From Bacteroidota bacterium (lineage in GTDB: Bacteria > Bacteroidota > Bacteroidia > Bacteroidales > FEN-979): DNA of 47,551 nucleotides. The notes beneath the pieces are model-generated. The model was not told where the DNA came from and searched no databases. It was given only the letters and a program-made list of their open reading frames with translations. How positions within the stretch are numbered: position 1 is the first letter of the stretch; each line of letters opens with the position of its first letter. A program made the translations under genes and the position numbers. The stretch lies in contig JBAXFM010000003.1 of assembly GCA_037139855.1 (NCBI GenBank), positions 1 through 47,551 on the forward strand. Reading direction: 5' to 3'. Below, piece after piece: positions 37,509 through 47,169 of this stretch.

Positions 37509-39676
37509 ATGAAAAATCAACTCATCTTTACCTGCATTGCAGGTTTCATTTTGTTCCTCAACTTTAATCTGTCTGCCCAGGTCGCCGTCAACACCGATGG
37601 CTCATCACCCGATAATTCGGCCATGCTCGATGTGAAATCAACTTAAAAGGGATGCTGGTTCCCCGGATGACCCAGGCAGAACGCAATGCCATTGTCAGCC
37701 CGGCCAGCGGGTTGATCATGTTCCAGACCGACAACACCGCCGGTTTTTACTATAATTCAGGTACTCCGGGAGCACCGGTATGGATGCCGGTTGGCAGCAC
37801 AAGTGGCTGGGGAACGACTGGCAACAGTGGCTTGACTACCGGCGTCAACTTTCTTGGCACCACCGATAACGTTGTACTAACCTTCAAAGTCAACAACCAA
37901 TTGGCCGGAAAGGTTGAAACGTTCAATACCGCATTGGGATTGAATGCTTTGTACGCCAATTCCACTGGCTCCGGCAACATTGCCATCGGGACCGGCGCCC
38001 TTTACAACAATACAGTGCGGGGAAATCTTGTTGCCGTTGGCGACAGTGCGTTATTTAACAACAACGCCATTTCAGGGGCCGTGCAAGGCAGAATGAATAC
38101 GGCATTGGGTTCAAAAGCTCTTTTTACCAATACAACCGGTAGTTCAAATGTGGCAAGCGGTTTCAAAACCTTGTTTTTTAATACTACGGGTTACGGGAAT
38201 ACGGCTATTGGCAATTTGTCCCTTTTTACAAATTCAATCGGGCACGGCAATACAGCCGGTGGTTGCAATTCTTTGGTGAACAATACCACCGGCAACGGAA
38301 ATACTGCATTGGGATACAGTACTTTAGGCACAAGCAACTCAGGTAATTATAACGTTGGGGCCGGTTGGTACGCTTTAGGATCAAGCAACGGCAATTATAA
38401 TATCGCCAGCGGGTATATGGCCTTAATGAACAACACCACAGGATCTTCCAATGTGGCTGTTGGTGCCAGCGCCTTATTTAGTAATACCGAGCGCACCAAC
38501 TTGGTAGCCGTTGGCGATTCAGCTATGTACAGCAATGTATGGGGGCTGCAAAACACTGCGATCTGATCAAAGGCTTTGTTTGCGAATACCGATGGGTCGT
38601 ATAATACGGCAGCAGGCTATAACGCAATGAAAACCAATACAACAGGTTATGGCAATACGGCTTTCGGCGAAAGCGCTTTGTTATCAAATACTTACGGTTT
38701 TCATAATACAGCAACCGGAACGAGCGCCTTGCGCAACAATACAAGTGGAAAATATAATACCGCCAACGGTGTAGTCGCACTGTATACAAATACAGAGGGG
38801 GAATACAACACCGCAACCGGGGCGTATGCACTTTCTTCCAATGAGATAGGACTTTATAATACAGCCACCGGATTCAGATCACTGGAATTCAACAACGCTG
38901 GCGATTATAACACAGCAAATGGGGTGGAGTCGCTGAATAAAAACACCATCGGATACCATAATACCGCAAGTGGTTGCGATGCACTGTATCATAACACCGA
39001 AGGATACGGGAATAGCGCCATGGGAATGGAGACGATGATGGGAAACATGATGGGCAGCAACAATTCAGCATTTGGCATGCATGCACTCCGCCAAAACTCA
39101 AACGGTAATAACAATACCGCCTGTGGATACAAGGCGCTCTACAATGCAGCCGGGAGTACCAATGTGGCGATCGGTTCCTATGCCGGTTATTACGAGACAG
39201 GAGGTAACAAACTCTATATTGACAATTCAAGCAGGGGAAATCAGCAAAATGCTATGTCGATGGGTTTGATCTATGGCGAGTTCAATGCCGACCCGGCTTT
39301 TCAAAAGCTGGTTATCAATGGGAATGTGGGCATTGGCACGGTAAACCCGACCCACAAACTATCGGTGAACGGTACAATCCGTGCAAAGGAGATTGTAGTC
39401 AACACGGGTTGGTCTGACTATGTATTTGAATCAGATTATAACCTGATGCCATTAAACAAACTTGAAGAATACATTCTGAAAAACAAACATCTGCCCGAAA
39501 TTCCCGATGCTTCTGAGGTGGATAAAAATGGTGTCAGCCTGGGTGAAATGGATGCAAGGTTGCTGCAAAAAATTGAGGAGTTGTCTCTCTATGTGATTGA
39601 ACTGAATACGAAGGTTGAAATCCTGCAAAGCGAAAACAACTTACTCAAATCACAAGATGATAAAGTGTCAAAATAA
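37509..39676 (+). pseudogene. Disrupted fourth paralogue: shared N-terminal module + NTAxGxxALxxN repeats + tail-fibre/chaperone-like C-terminus
   Basis: The ATG at 37509 gives a signal peptide + [13 protein letters not shown] 1-nt deletion at ~37641-37651 gives TAA at 37644, and an in-frame TGA at 38564-38566 falls in NTAI*SKAL. The C-terminus reads WSDYVF...HLPEIP...LLQKIEELSLY. Confidence 0.82.
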
Positions 39677-39693
39677 ACTAATCCGATCCGAAT

Positions 39694-41577
39694 ATGAAAA
39701 CCCAACCAGTATCTGCCGGCCTGTGTTTTATTTTGTTTTTCCTGCTCTTCCCCGTAATTTCCTTTGGCGCTTATTTGAAAAATGTTCCCCAAAAAGTCAT
39801 CTTGCCTGATCATTCAATCATTCATTGCTTTGCTTCCGGGGATGAATTTTTCAACTATCTCCACGATGAAAACGGGTTTACCCTCATATTTGCGGATGAT
39901 GGATTTTTATACTATGCCATAAAAGATGGCCCCTTGCTGAAACCATCAGCTTACCGGGCTATGAGTGTCAATCCGGTATCTGTCGGCATTCAGCCATATA
40001 ATTTAATACCAAATTTTGCATATCAGCAGATGAAGAAGAGCGCTCTGTCGATTGGAGTTCCTGCAAATTCACCAAAGGCGCCTCATTCCGGAACGTTCTA
40101 CAACCTTGCTGTTTTTATCAGGTTCAGTGATGATGGTGAATATACAGAGCCTAAAACCTATTTTGATAATATGTTCAATGATGCTTCACCGAATGCCAAT
40201 TCAGTGCATAACTATTACTATGAAGCATCTTACGAATCACTGGAAATTTTCACATCCTTATACCCCACATCCTCAGGAACCACTGTAGTTTCATTCCAGG
40301 ATAGTCATCCGAGGAATTATTTCAGCCCTTACAACGCAACTTCCAACCCAAACGGATACCAGGGCGCAGAAAAATGGGAGAGGGAACACGCCATGTTAAA
40401 AGCTGCCGTGAATTACATCAGCGGCCAGGTCCCGGCCAGTTTAAACATTGATCTTGACTATGACGGGAATGTTGATAATGTATGTTTTATACTAAAGGGA
40501 CCGACTGATGGCTGGAGCAATATTTTGTGGCCTCACATGGCAACCCTGGGTGAACCGTGGGTATATATACATGGGAAGCACGTCGTGGATTATAATATTC
40601 AATTGCAGGTTGATTTGCATACTCACGGTACAGGTGTTTTATGTCATGAAATGTTTCATACCATCGGTGCTCCGGATCTGTATCATTATGATCCGGTATA
40701 TGGAGGATTACAGCCGGTTGGCAAATGGGACCTCATGGACGTTACTACAAATCCTCCCCAAAACATGTGTGCCTACCTGAAATATAAATATGGCCATTGG
40801 ATTTTGCCTGGCTATTTGACTCCCCTGAATACAACCAATTACTATACCCTGAGTCCGCTTAATTCAACCTTAGGATATCATTGTTTTAAAATCAATTCGC
40901 CCTATTCTGTCAATGAATTTTTCATTGTGGAGTACAGGAAAAAAATAGGAACTTTTGAATCTTCCTTACCCGGTGAAGGGCTCGTCATCTATAGGATTAA
41001 CACAAACTATTACGGTAACGGAGGCTACGATGGCACGACGGGTTTCGATGAGGTTTATGCCTACAGGCCTGGCGGCACCACGACCCTAAATGGATTTCCT
41101 GACAACGCGAATTACAGTCAGTTTGTTGGTAGAACTGCAATGAATTGTGCGACAAACCCAACCCCTTATCTCACCCATGGAGAATCCGGAGGTTTGGATA
41201 TCAGGGAAATAACAGATAACAACGGTTCATTGACATTTTTACTTTTATATAACCTGCCGCTGAACATTGTGTTGAATCAACCTGATACGTGGGGACTGTT
41301 TGCGGCAACCAATGAGATAGGTCTTCAGGATGGTTTTGATACGGCTCCTTCCAACTCATTCAGGACCATTTCCTTTCCATGGGCGATTACAAATATATTA
41401 TTTCAAAGGAAGGCACTGAAATCGGAAAAGGAACGATGGTCGTTAAATAAACCTTCCGGGTTTTTAAAACCTGGAAGATTTGAGGTTTTATTCCCTACTT
41501 TTGTCGACACAATACCGTTGGCCAATGCTCCCTTTCCTTCAAAAAACTGCACAATATCTTGTAGCAACATTCAATGA
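39694..41577 (+). CDS. M6-family (immune inhibitor A-like) secreted metalloprotease, C-terminus probably damaged
   Basis: Signal peptide, DLDYDGNVD, LWPH, GVLCHEMFHTIGAPDLY, WDLMD and EFFIVEYR...GLVIYRI. The frame after ~41360 runs through a palindrome and a promoter into the next gene. Confidence 0.8.
   Translation: MKTQPVSAGLCFILFFLLFPVISFGAYLKNVPQKVILPDHSIIHCFASGDEFFNYLHDENGFTLIFADDGFLYYAIKDGPLLKPSAYRAMSVNPVSVGIQPYNLIPNFAYQQMKKSALSIGVPANSPKAPHSGTFYNLAVFIRFSDDGEYTEPKTYFDNMFNDASPNANSVHNYYYEASYESLEIFTSLYPTSSGTTVVSFQDSHPRNYFSPYNATSNPNGYQGAEKWEREHAMLKAAVNYISGQVPASLNIDLDYDGNVDNVCFILKGPTDGWSNILWPHMATLGEPWVYIHGKHVVDYNIQLQVDLHTHGTGVLCHEMFHTIGAPDLYHYDPVYGGLQPVGKWDLMDVTTNPPQNMCAYLKYKYGHWILPGYLTPLNTTNYYTLSPLNSTLGYHCFKINSPYSVNEFFIVEYRKKIGTFESSLPGEGLVIYRINTNYYGNGGYDGTTGFDEVYAYRPGGTTTLNGFPDNANYSQFVGRTAMNCATNPTPYLTHGESGGLDIREITDNNGSLTFLLLYNLPLNIVLNQPDTWGLFAATNEIGLQDGFDTAPSNSFRTISFPWAITNILFQRKALKSEKERWSLNKPSGFLKPGRFEVLFPTFVDTIPLANAPFPSKNCTISCSNIQ
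41449..41481. repeat. Imperfect palindrome (REP-like or terminator)
   Basis: aaaccttccgggtttt-t-aaaacctggaagattt. Confidence 0.7.
41496..41503 (+). promoter_or_regulatory. -7 promoter element TACTTTTG for the addB-like gene
   Basis: Exact TAnnTTTG 21 nt before the ATG at 41525. Confidence 0.6.
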
Positions 41578-44386
41578 TGACCTTGCTGATTTGTGTATTG
41601 TGCTGCCAAACCGCCGTGGTGGCCTGTTCCTGAGGAAATACCTGGCAGCGGAGGTGGGGAAGGCAACATGGGCGCCAACCGTTTTTTCCATAGAGGATTT
41701 TATTACAGAGATCAGCGGACTACAGGAGGTCGACAATTTACCGCTGCTTTTTGAACTTTATGAGGTTCATAAGGAAATTGAAGAAAACAACGCCCAATCT
41801 TTTGAGGAATTTTCAAGATGGGCGCCTCAGTTGCTGAGCGATTTTAATGAGGTTGACCGCTACCTGGCCAATGCCGAAGAATTGTTCACGACACTCACCG
41901 AAGCCAGGGCCATCAGCTTATGGAACCTGGATGGGCAACCCCTGACTGATTTTGAGAAAAAATATTTACAGTTTTATCAATCATTGTTTGGCTATTATGA
42001 GAAATTCACCCATCGTTTGATAGCTAAAAACCATGCCTATCAGGGGCTTAGTTTCAGATATGCTGCTGAAAATATTGAATCAACAAAGGAAAACCTGCCA
42101 TGGCGCCATGTGATTTTTGCCGGGTTTAATGCCTTGACCAAAGCGGAGGAACACATCATAGGCGCATTGCGGAACGATGGAAAAGCAACCCTGCTCTGGG
42201 ATTGCGATCACTATTACCTGGATAATCCCCAGCAGGAAGCAGGCGATTTTTTACGTAACTGGATGCGTAAATGGCCGGTAAAAGAGCCCCGCTGGATTGC
42301 AGACGATTTTGCCGGTTCAGCGAAAAAAATTGAAATCATTGGTTCGCCGGATCCGGTTGGTCAGGTGAAATATTGCGGACACTTGTTGCAGGATTTGGCG
42401 AAAAATGGTCTTACCAATGAAAAAACCGCAGTGGTGTTACTTGATGAAGGGTTGCTGATTCCGCTGCTCAACTCCATTCCCGACAACGTGGAATCACTTA
42501 ACATCACAGCAGGGCTTCCGTTAAAACAAACTCCCCTTGCCAGCCTCTTTGAAACTATTTTTCAGCTTCACCTTCACACAAATCAGTTTACCTATCTTGT
42601 TTCCAAAGGGATCAGAAAATATTACTACAAGGATGTACTGAAACTACTGCAGCATCCCTACATCCACAGGATGGCGCAAAAAATGATGAGCGGAAACCGG
42701 TTTGCATTTGATGAAACGATTGACAAGATCAGGATGGGGCATCAGATTTTTATCGGGATGGAAGATATTTGCGCACAGCGCACAGACCTGTTTTCAGCCG
42801 ACCTGACTTTTCTGGAGGTAATGTTCACCCACTGGATAAAACCATCCGATACCCTTGTTTGTTTCAAATCCGTGATCGAATTACTCAGAAACAGCATCAT
42901 TACCTCCATGGAAATGGAGTATCTCTTTGCCTTTTCCAAAATTGTACACCAGCTTGGCAATCTTTTAACCGAGTTCCAACCGGAATTGAAAATAACGGCG
43001 CTTTACGAATTGTATCAGCAGACCATTATGGGAACGAGTCTCCCTTTCTATGGCGAACCACTAAAAGGGGTTCAACTCATGGGAATGCTTGAAACCCGTA
43101 CGCTTGATTTTGAGAACCTTATCATCCTATCCTGCAACGAAGACCTTCTGCCAAGTGGAAAAATCAATGCCTCCTTCATCCCTTTCGACATTAAACGAAA
43201 TTTTGAGCTTCCGACTTACAGGCATAAGGACTCGGTGTATGCCTACCATTTTTATCGTCTGATTCAGCGGGCCAAAAATGTTTGGATTCTTTACAATACC
43301 GAGCCGGATCAATTGGGAGGAGGTGATCGCAGCCGTTTTCTCCGGCAAATCACCAGTGAATTACCTGTTTTTAATCCTGGGATCACCATCCGTGAATCTA
43401 TTTTAACCACGCCGGTCATCAAAGGGGAAATGCTCCCGGCCATTGAAATTCCTAAAACCGGAGATACCCTTACTTCACTGGAAGAAAAGGCTGTTAAAGG
43501 TTTTTCGGCAACCTCGCTGAATTTATTCCGCAATTGTCCGCTTAAATTTTATTATGCCGAAATTGCCGGCATTAAAGAGCCTGAGGATATCGATGATACC
43601 ATTGACCCTGCCGTACTGGGAAGTGCGGTTCACGAGGCGCTTAACAAGCTCTACCTGCCATTTCTCGATCAGCCAATGACAACAGACAAGTTTGTTGCCA
43701 TGGAAAAGGAGTCAGATCAGGCTGTTGATAAAGCTTTTGAAAAGAAGTTCAAAGGTTCCGACATCACATACGGTAAAAATCTGTTGCTGGTGAGTGTTGC
43801 GAAACTGATGGTCAGGAGGTTCCTGCAATATGAGTCTGATCAGGTGAGTGAACTGGCAAAATCGGGACAGCATTACACGGTTGCTCTTCTTGAACAACTG
43901 GTTGAAACATTTATCACCATTCCATTTGCCGGCAACGATTTGAAGATCAGGTTGAAAGGATTTATCGACCGGGTGGATAAAATGGAAGGCTGGTGGAAAA
44001 TTATCGACTACAAAACCGGAACCACCGAGTCAAAACAGGTGAAGGTGAAAGATTGGGATGATTTAATCGCAAATCCCGATCTGAACATTGGTTTTCAGCT
44101 CCTGATGTATGGATATCTGTTGCGGTGCCGGTTTAAAAACCCTATCAGTTCAAGCGCCGGGATCATCTCACTGAAGAGGATCAATGCAGGGTTCACTCCG
44201 GTGTTTGTACCTGATGATTCATCCTGTAAATTGACGTCGGTATTGAATGAAACATCAGCCATTCATTTTGAGGAGTTGATCAGGACACTGCTGGCAGATA
44301 TGTATGACCTTGAAAAACCGTTCATTCAAACCACAGATCCTGATATATGTGAACGGTGTCCTTACATCAATCTTTGTGGACGTTGA
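41525..44386 (+). CDS. addB: AddB-like inactive helicase + PD-(D/E)XK nuclease with Fe-S cysteines
   Basis: IVLPNRRGGLFL, GEPLKGVQLMGMLETR, SATSL...CPLKFYY, KGFIDRVD, IIDYKTG and CERCPYINLC. The ATG at 41525 is preferred to the TTG at 41480. Confidence 0.85.
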   Translation: MLPFLQKTAQYLVATFNDDLADLCIVLPNRRGGLFLRKYLAAEVGKATWAPTVFSIEDFITEISGLQEVDNLPLLFELYEVHKEIEENNAQSFEEFSRWAPQLLSDFNEVDRYLANAEELFTTLTEARAISLWNLDGQPLTDFEKKYLQFYQSLFGYYEKFTHRLIAKNHAYQGLSFRYAAENIESTKENLPWRHVIFAGFNALTKAEEHIIGALRNDGKATLLWDCDHYYLDNPQQEAGDFLRNWMRKWPVKEPRWIADDFAGSAKKIEIIGSPDPVGQVKYCGHLLQDLAKNGLTNEKTAVVLLDEGLLIPLLNSIPDNVESLNITAGLPLKQTPLASLFETIFQLHLHTNQFTYLVSKGIRKYYYKDVLKLLQHPYIHRMAQKMMSGNRFAFDETIDKIRMGHQIFIGMEDICAQRTDLFSADLTFLEVMFTHWIKPSDTLVCFKSVIELLRNSIITSMEMEYLFAFSKIVHQLGNLLTEFQPELKITALYELYQQTIMGTSLPFYGEPLKGVQLMGMLETRTLDFENLIILSCNEDLLPSGKINASFIPFDIKRNFELPTYRHKDSVYAYHFYRLIQRAKNVWILYNTEPDQLGGGDRSRFLRQITSELPVFNPGITIRESILTTPVIKGEMLPAIEIPKTGDTLTSLEEKAVKGFSATSLNLFRNCPLKFYYAEIAGIKEPEDIDDTIDPAVLGSAVHEALNKLYLPFLDQPMTTDKFVAMEKESDQAVDKAFEKKFKGSDITYGKNLLLVSVAKLMVRRFLQYESDQVSELAKSGQHYTVALLEQLVETFITIPFAGNDLKIRLKGFIDRVDKMEGWWKIIDYKTGTTESKQVKVKDWDDLIANPDLNIGFQLLMYGYLLRCRFKNPISSSAGIISLKRINAGFTPVFVPDDSSCKLTSVLNETSAIHFEELIRTLLADMYDLEKPFIQTTDPDICERCPYINLCGR

Positions 44387-45875
44387 ATTCTTTCTCGGAA
44401 AACACACAGGCTTCATAGATAAAAAGTTCGGCGTCTTTCCATCCATTCCATCCGATGCCGGCTTTATCGCGCGCACAATGGCCAAGAAATTCTTCAATGG
44501 TCCATCCGGTTTCAGTGGCTACCTGCGGTAAAAATGTGCCGGAGGAGGATCCTTTTTTTATATAGATTCCATGCTTCCCCAAAATGATCTCTTTGGGCGA
44601 AGTGATCTTTTTCATCGGGGAAAGTACAGATATTTCTATGTCAAGTTGCTCAATTTCACCAATTTTCACCGGATCGAACCGGGTGTCTTCGGTAGCCGAT
44701 GCCACGGCCATCTCACGGATAAGTTTATACAAAGGCATGTCGGAAGAAAATCTGCCGAGGCAGCCACGCAAGGCCCCATCTTCTTTCAATGTCACAAAGG
44801 CACCGGCATGTATCTTCATGCTTTCGGTATATGATGTTGCGTTGTCGTCGGGAATACGCCTGTCACGAAGGTATCTTTCGATGGTATTCCTGGCAATTTT
44901 CAATAATCTTGTTTTTTCATCCCGGGTAAAATCAAAGCCTGAGTTATTGGTTGTCAAAGCTATAGACCAATACCCGACCACCTGGTTTTTATCCCCGTAT
45001 TTTGAGTCACCCGAATTCAGGTATTGAACAGGGGTGATCTTAATTTCCGGCTGATGGTCAATCAGGTTGAGCATGACCAGGATGGCAGTCCAGCCACAGA
45101 GATTGGTTGCCAGGTCAGGAACATTTTTGCGCTGGTAATTGTTCAGAAACTTCATCAAATCTTCCGGGGAACCGGCAACGATAGCATCACAGGTTGCCTT
45201 GTCAGCTAATTGCGCATCGGCATAGGCAGGGTAATGCGAAAAATCAGTGCTGAAAACAAAGAGGTTCCGGTTATTAAACCAGGGTTTCAATGCTTTGGCT
45301 ATTTTCCTACAGGTCTCTTCCGATTGGGTGCCAAGAACAATGGGTACCAGTTTGAAATTCTTTTTCAGGTGGTACTGCAAAAAAGGAATCTGCACCTCCA
45401 GGCTGTGCTCGGTGCGGTCGGCTTCAGGGTTAAAAACGAATACCGGGTTTTCACTGATCAGTTTATTGGCCAGTTCAAGGTTAACCTTAACGTTACCCAA
45501 CGGGGTAACATAATCGCCCTGGTTGTAAATGGAAGCGCCCGGAAATGAAACCTGGTGGCTGGCAGCAATGACAAATACATTTTCATATTCCTTGTCGGGG
45601 TCCACCTGGTTATATCCGCTTGCAGCAACTTTTCCCGAAAATACATATCCTGCATGCGGACAAACAATGCCGATAACATTATCTGCCATACGAGGCTGTG
45701 CTTCCGTAAACAGGTTTTTCAGGTCGGCCCTGAGTTCACTGGCATCAGATGGATAAAATCGTCCGGCAGCAGCAGGTTTCCGGTCAATCTGATCACCATT
45801 GTCCTGTGGTTGACATTCCTGGTTGAAGTTGAAAAATAATCCCATAAATAAAAGGCTTTTAAAATACCTCAGCAT
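44367..45875 (-). CDS. amrB: AmmeMemoRadiSam protein B (MEMO1) fused to protein A (AMMECR1)
   Basis: RKPAAAGRFYP, PHAGYVFSG, EHSLEVQIPFLQ, STDFSHY and VVGY, then GAFVTL...LRGCLG, DTRF, EISVLSP and GTFLPQVA. Confidence 0.92.
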   Translation of the reverse strand: MLRYFKSLLFMGLFFNFNQECQPQDNGDQIDRKPAAAGRFYPSDASELRADLKNLFTEAQPRMADNVIGIVCPHAGYVFSGKVAASGYNQVDPDKEYENVFVIAASHQVSFPGASIYNQGDYVTPLGNVKVNLELANKLISENPVFVFNPEADRTEHSLEVQIPFLQYHLKKNFKLVPIVLGTQSEETCRKIAKALKPWFNNRNLFVFSTDFSHYPAYADAQLADKATCDAIVAGSPEDLMKFLNNYQRKNVPDLATNLCGWTAILVMLNLIDHQPEIKITPVQYLNSGDSKYGDKNQVVGYWSIALTTNNSGFDFTRDEKTRLLKIARNTIERYLRDRRIPDDNATSYTESMKIHAGAFVTLKEDGALRGCLGRFSSDMPLYKLIREMAVASATEDTRFDPVKIGEIEQLDIEISVLSPMKKITSPKEIILGKHGIYIKKGSSSGTFLPQVATETGWTIEEFLGHCARDKAGIGWNGWKDAELFIYEACVFSEKEFNVHKD

Positions 45876-46111
45876 TTTTTAAAAAAATTTGATAAATTTT
45901 ATGTAAAGATACAACCAAATTCATTTTTTCAACTACACCTTTATTGGATGTAAACAGGTTGTGAGTTAGCGGAAAGTCAGAGGAAGGTTAGAGGAAGGTT
46001 AGACGATTGAATTTGAAATGGCCTGACGACCATTTATTTCTGAGGAAATGCAAATATACAAAATCAGGCGCAGTTTTCGACAAGAATTGGCAATTAAAAT
46101 ATAAAATCATC

Positions 46112-47008
46112 CACCCAAAATACAGATATTTACATAACGGTGTCAAATGCATTTTTGATGAGTAGCGAATTAGCAACTTTGTTGAGCGGTCGTTACATAG
46201 AAATTTCTATTTTACCTTTTTCATTTAATGAATACTTAATTACGCGCCATATTGACACGAGCAACAAGTACCTCAATTACGAAGCTTTGTTTTTTGACTA
46301 TGTAAACGAAACTTCATTACCAAAAGGAGTGGAATTGAGAGAAAACGGTTTTGATAAAATTTATGAATATCTATCCGCTATTTATACTACAATAATAGAA
46401 AAAGACATAACACAACGGCACCAAATAAACGATAAACGTGCTTTTGCAAATATTGTAAAATTTGTGGCTTCTAATATTGGAAATGCACTTTCGCCAGGCA
46501 ATATTTCCAAAACACTCAAGCAAGATGAACAAAATATTCATCATGCCACAGTGGGAAAATACATTGAATATTTGGTAGAGAGTTTTGTGTTTTACAAAGT
46601 AAATCGCTTTGATTTGAAAGGCAAAAAACAATTGGCTACACAAGAAAAATACTATTTGGTAGACGTAGGTTTATTGAATGTTTTGGTTGGTAAAGAGCGC
46701 ATAAATGACAGAGGTCACATTTAGAAAATATTGTTTATTTAGAACTTTTACGCAGAGGTAATAAAATTTGGACAGGAACATCCCGAAACACAGAAGTGGA
46801 CTTTGTTTGCAAAACGCCTACAGGCGACATTGAGTACTATCAGGTTGCGTGGCAAATGACAAACGAAAGCACTGTGGAACGTGAGTTTGGGGCATTAGAA
46901 AAAATAAACGATAACTATCCGAAATATTTGCTCACAACAGATTCGTTTATGCAAAATCGAAGCGGAGTAAAACACTATAACGTATTTAATTGGCTACTTG
47001 ATAATTGA
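46112..47008 (+). pseudogene. Remnant of an AAA+ ATPase (AAA_14 / DUF4143 family): no N-terminus, frameshift near 46720
   Basis: DIYITVSNAFLMSSELATLLSGRY and KYYLVDVGL, then RGHI/LENIVYLELLRRG across a missing T (cacatttagaa), EVDFV and YYQV. No Walker A is seen upstream, and the segment is AT-rich. Confidence 0.82.
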
Positions 47009-47116
47009 AATTCAATAATAACCATTACTTGGATTCCAATACCCCAAGTTACATAGGACATAGGGAAGTAATAGGGAAGCAATAAAGGAAACGAAGGAAC
47101 GTAGAGAAAGTTTGTG

Positions 47117-47124
47117 TAAATTTG
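47117..47124 (+). promoter_or_regulatory. -7 promoter element TAAATTTG for amrS
   Basis: Exact TAnnTTTG 45 nt before the GTG at 47170. Confidence 0.6.
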
Positions 47125-47169
47125 TAATATCCGGAAGTAACAAACAACTCTGTTCAAATAGGTTTATCT

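Noticed and set aside
15834-38566. Stop-codon reassignment (TAG=Gln/Pyl, TGA=Gly) suggested by two in-frame stops
   Set aside because: TAG and TGA end intact genes at expected positions (tsaD and 36053 with TAG; 28824, 34313 and 44386 with TGA). There is only one internal case of each, and the TGA gene also has a frameshift.
32607-41577. Prophage or complete DGR cassette
   Set aside because: The fibre-like genes carry Sec signal peptides. No integrase, capsid, terminase, reverse transcriptase or AAC-rich template repeat is visible in the window.
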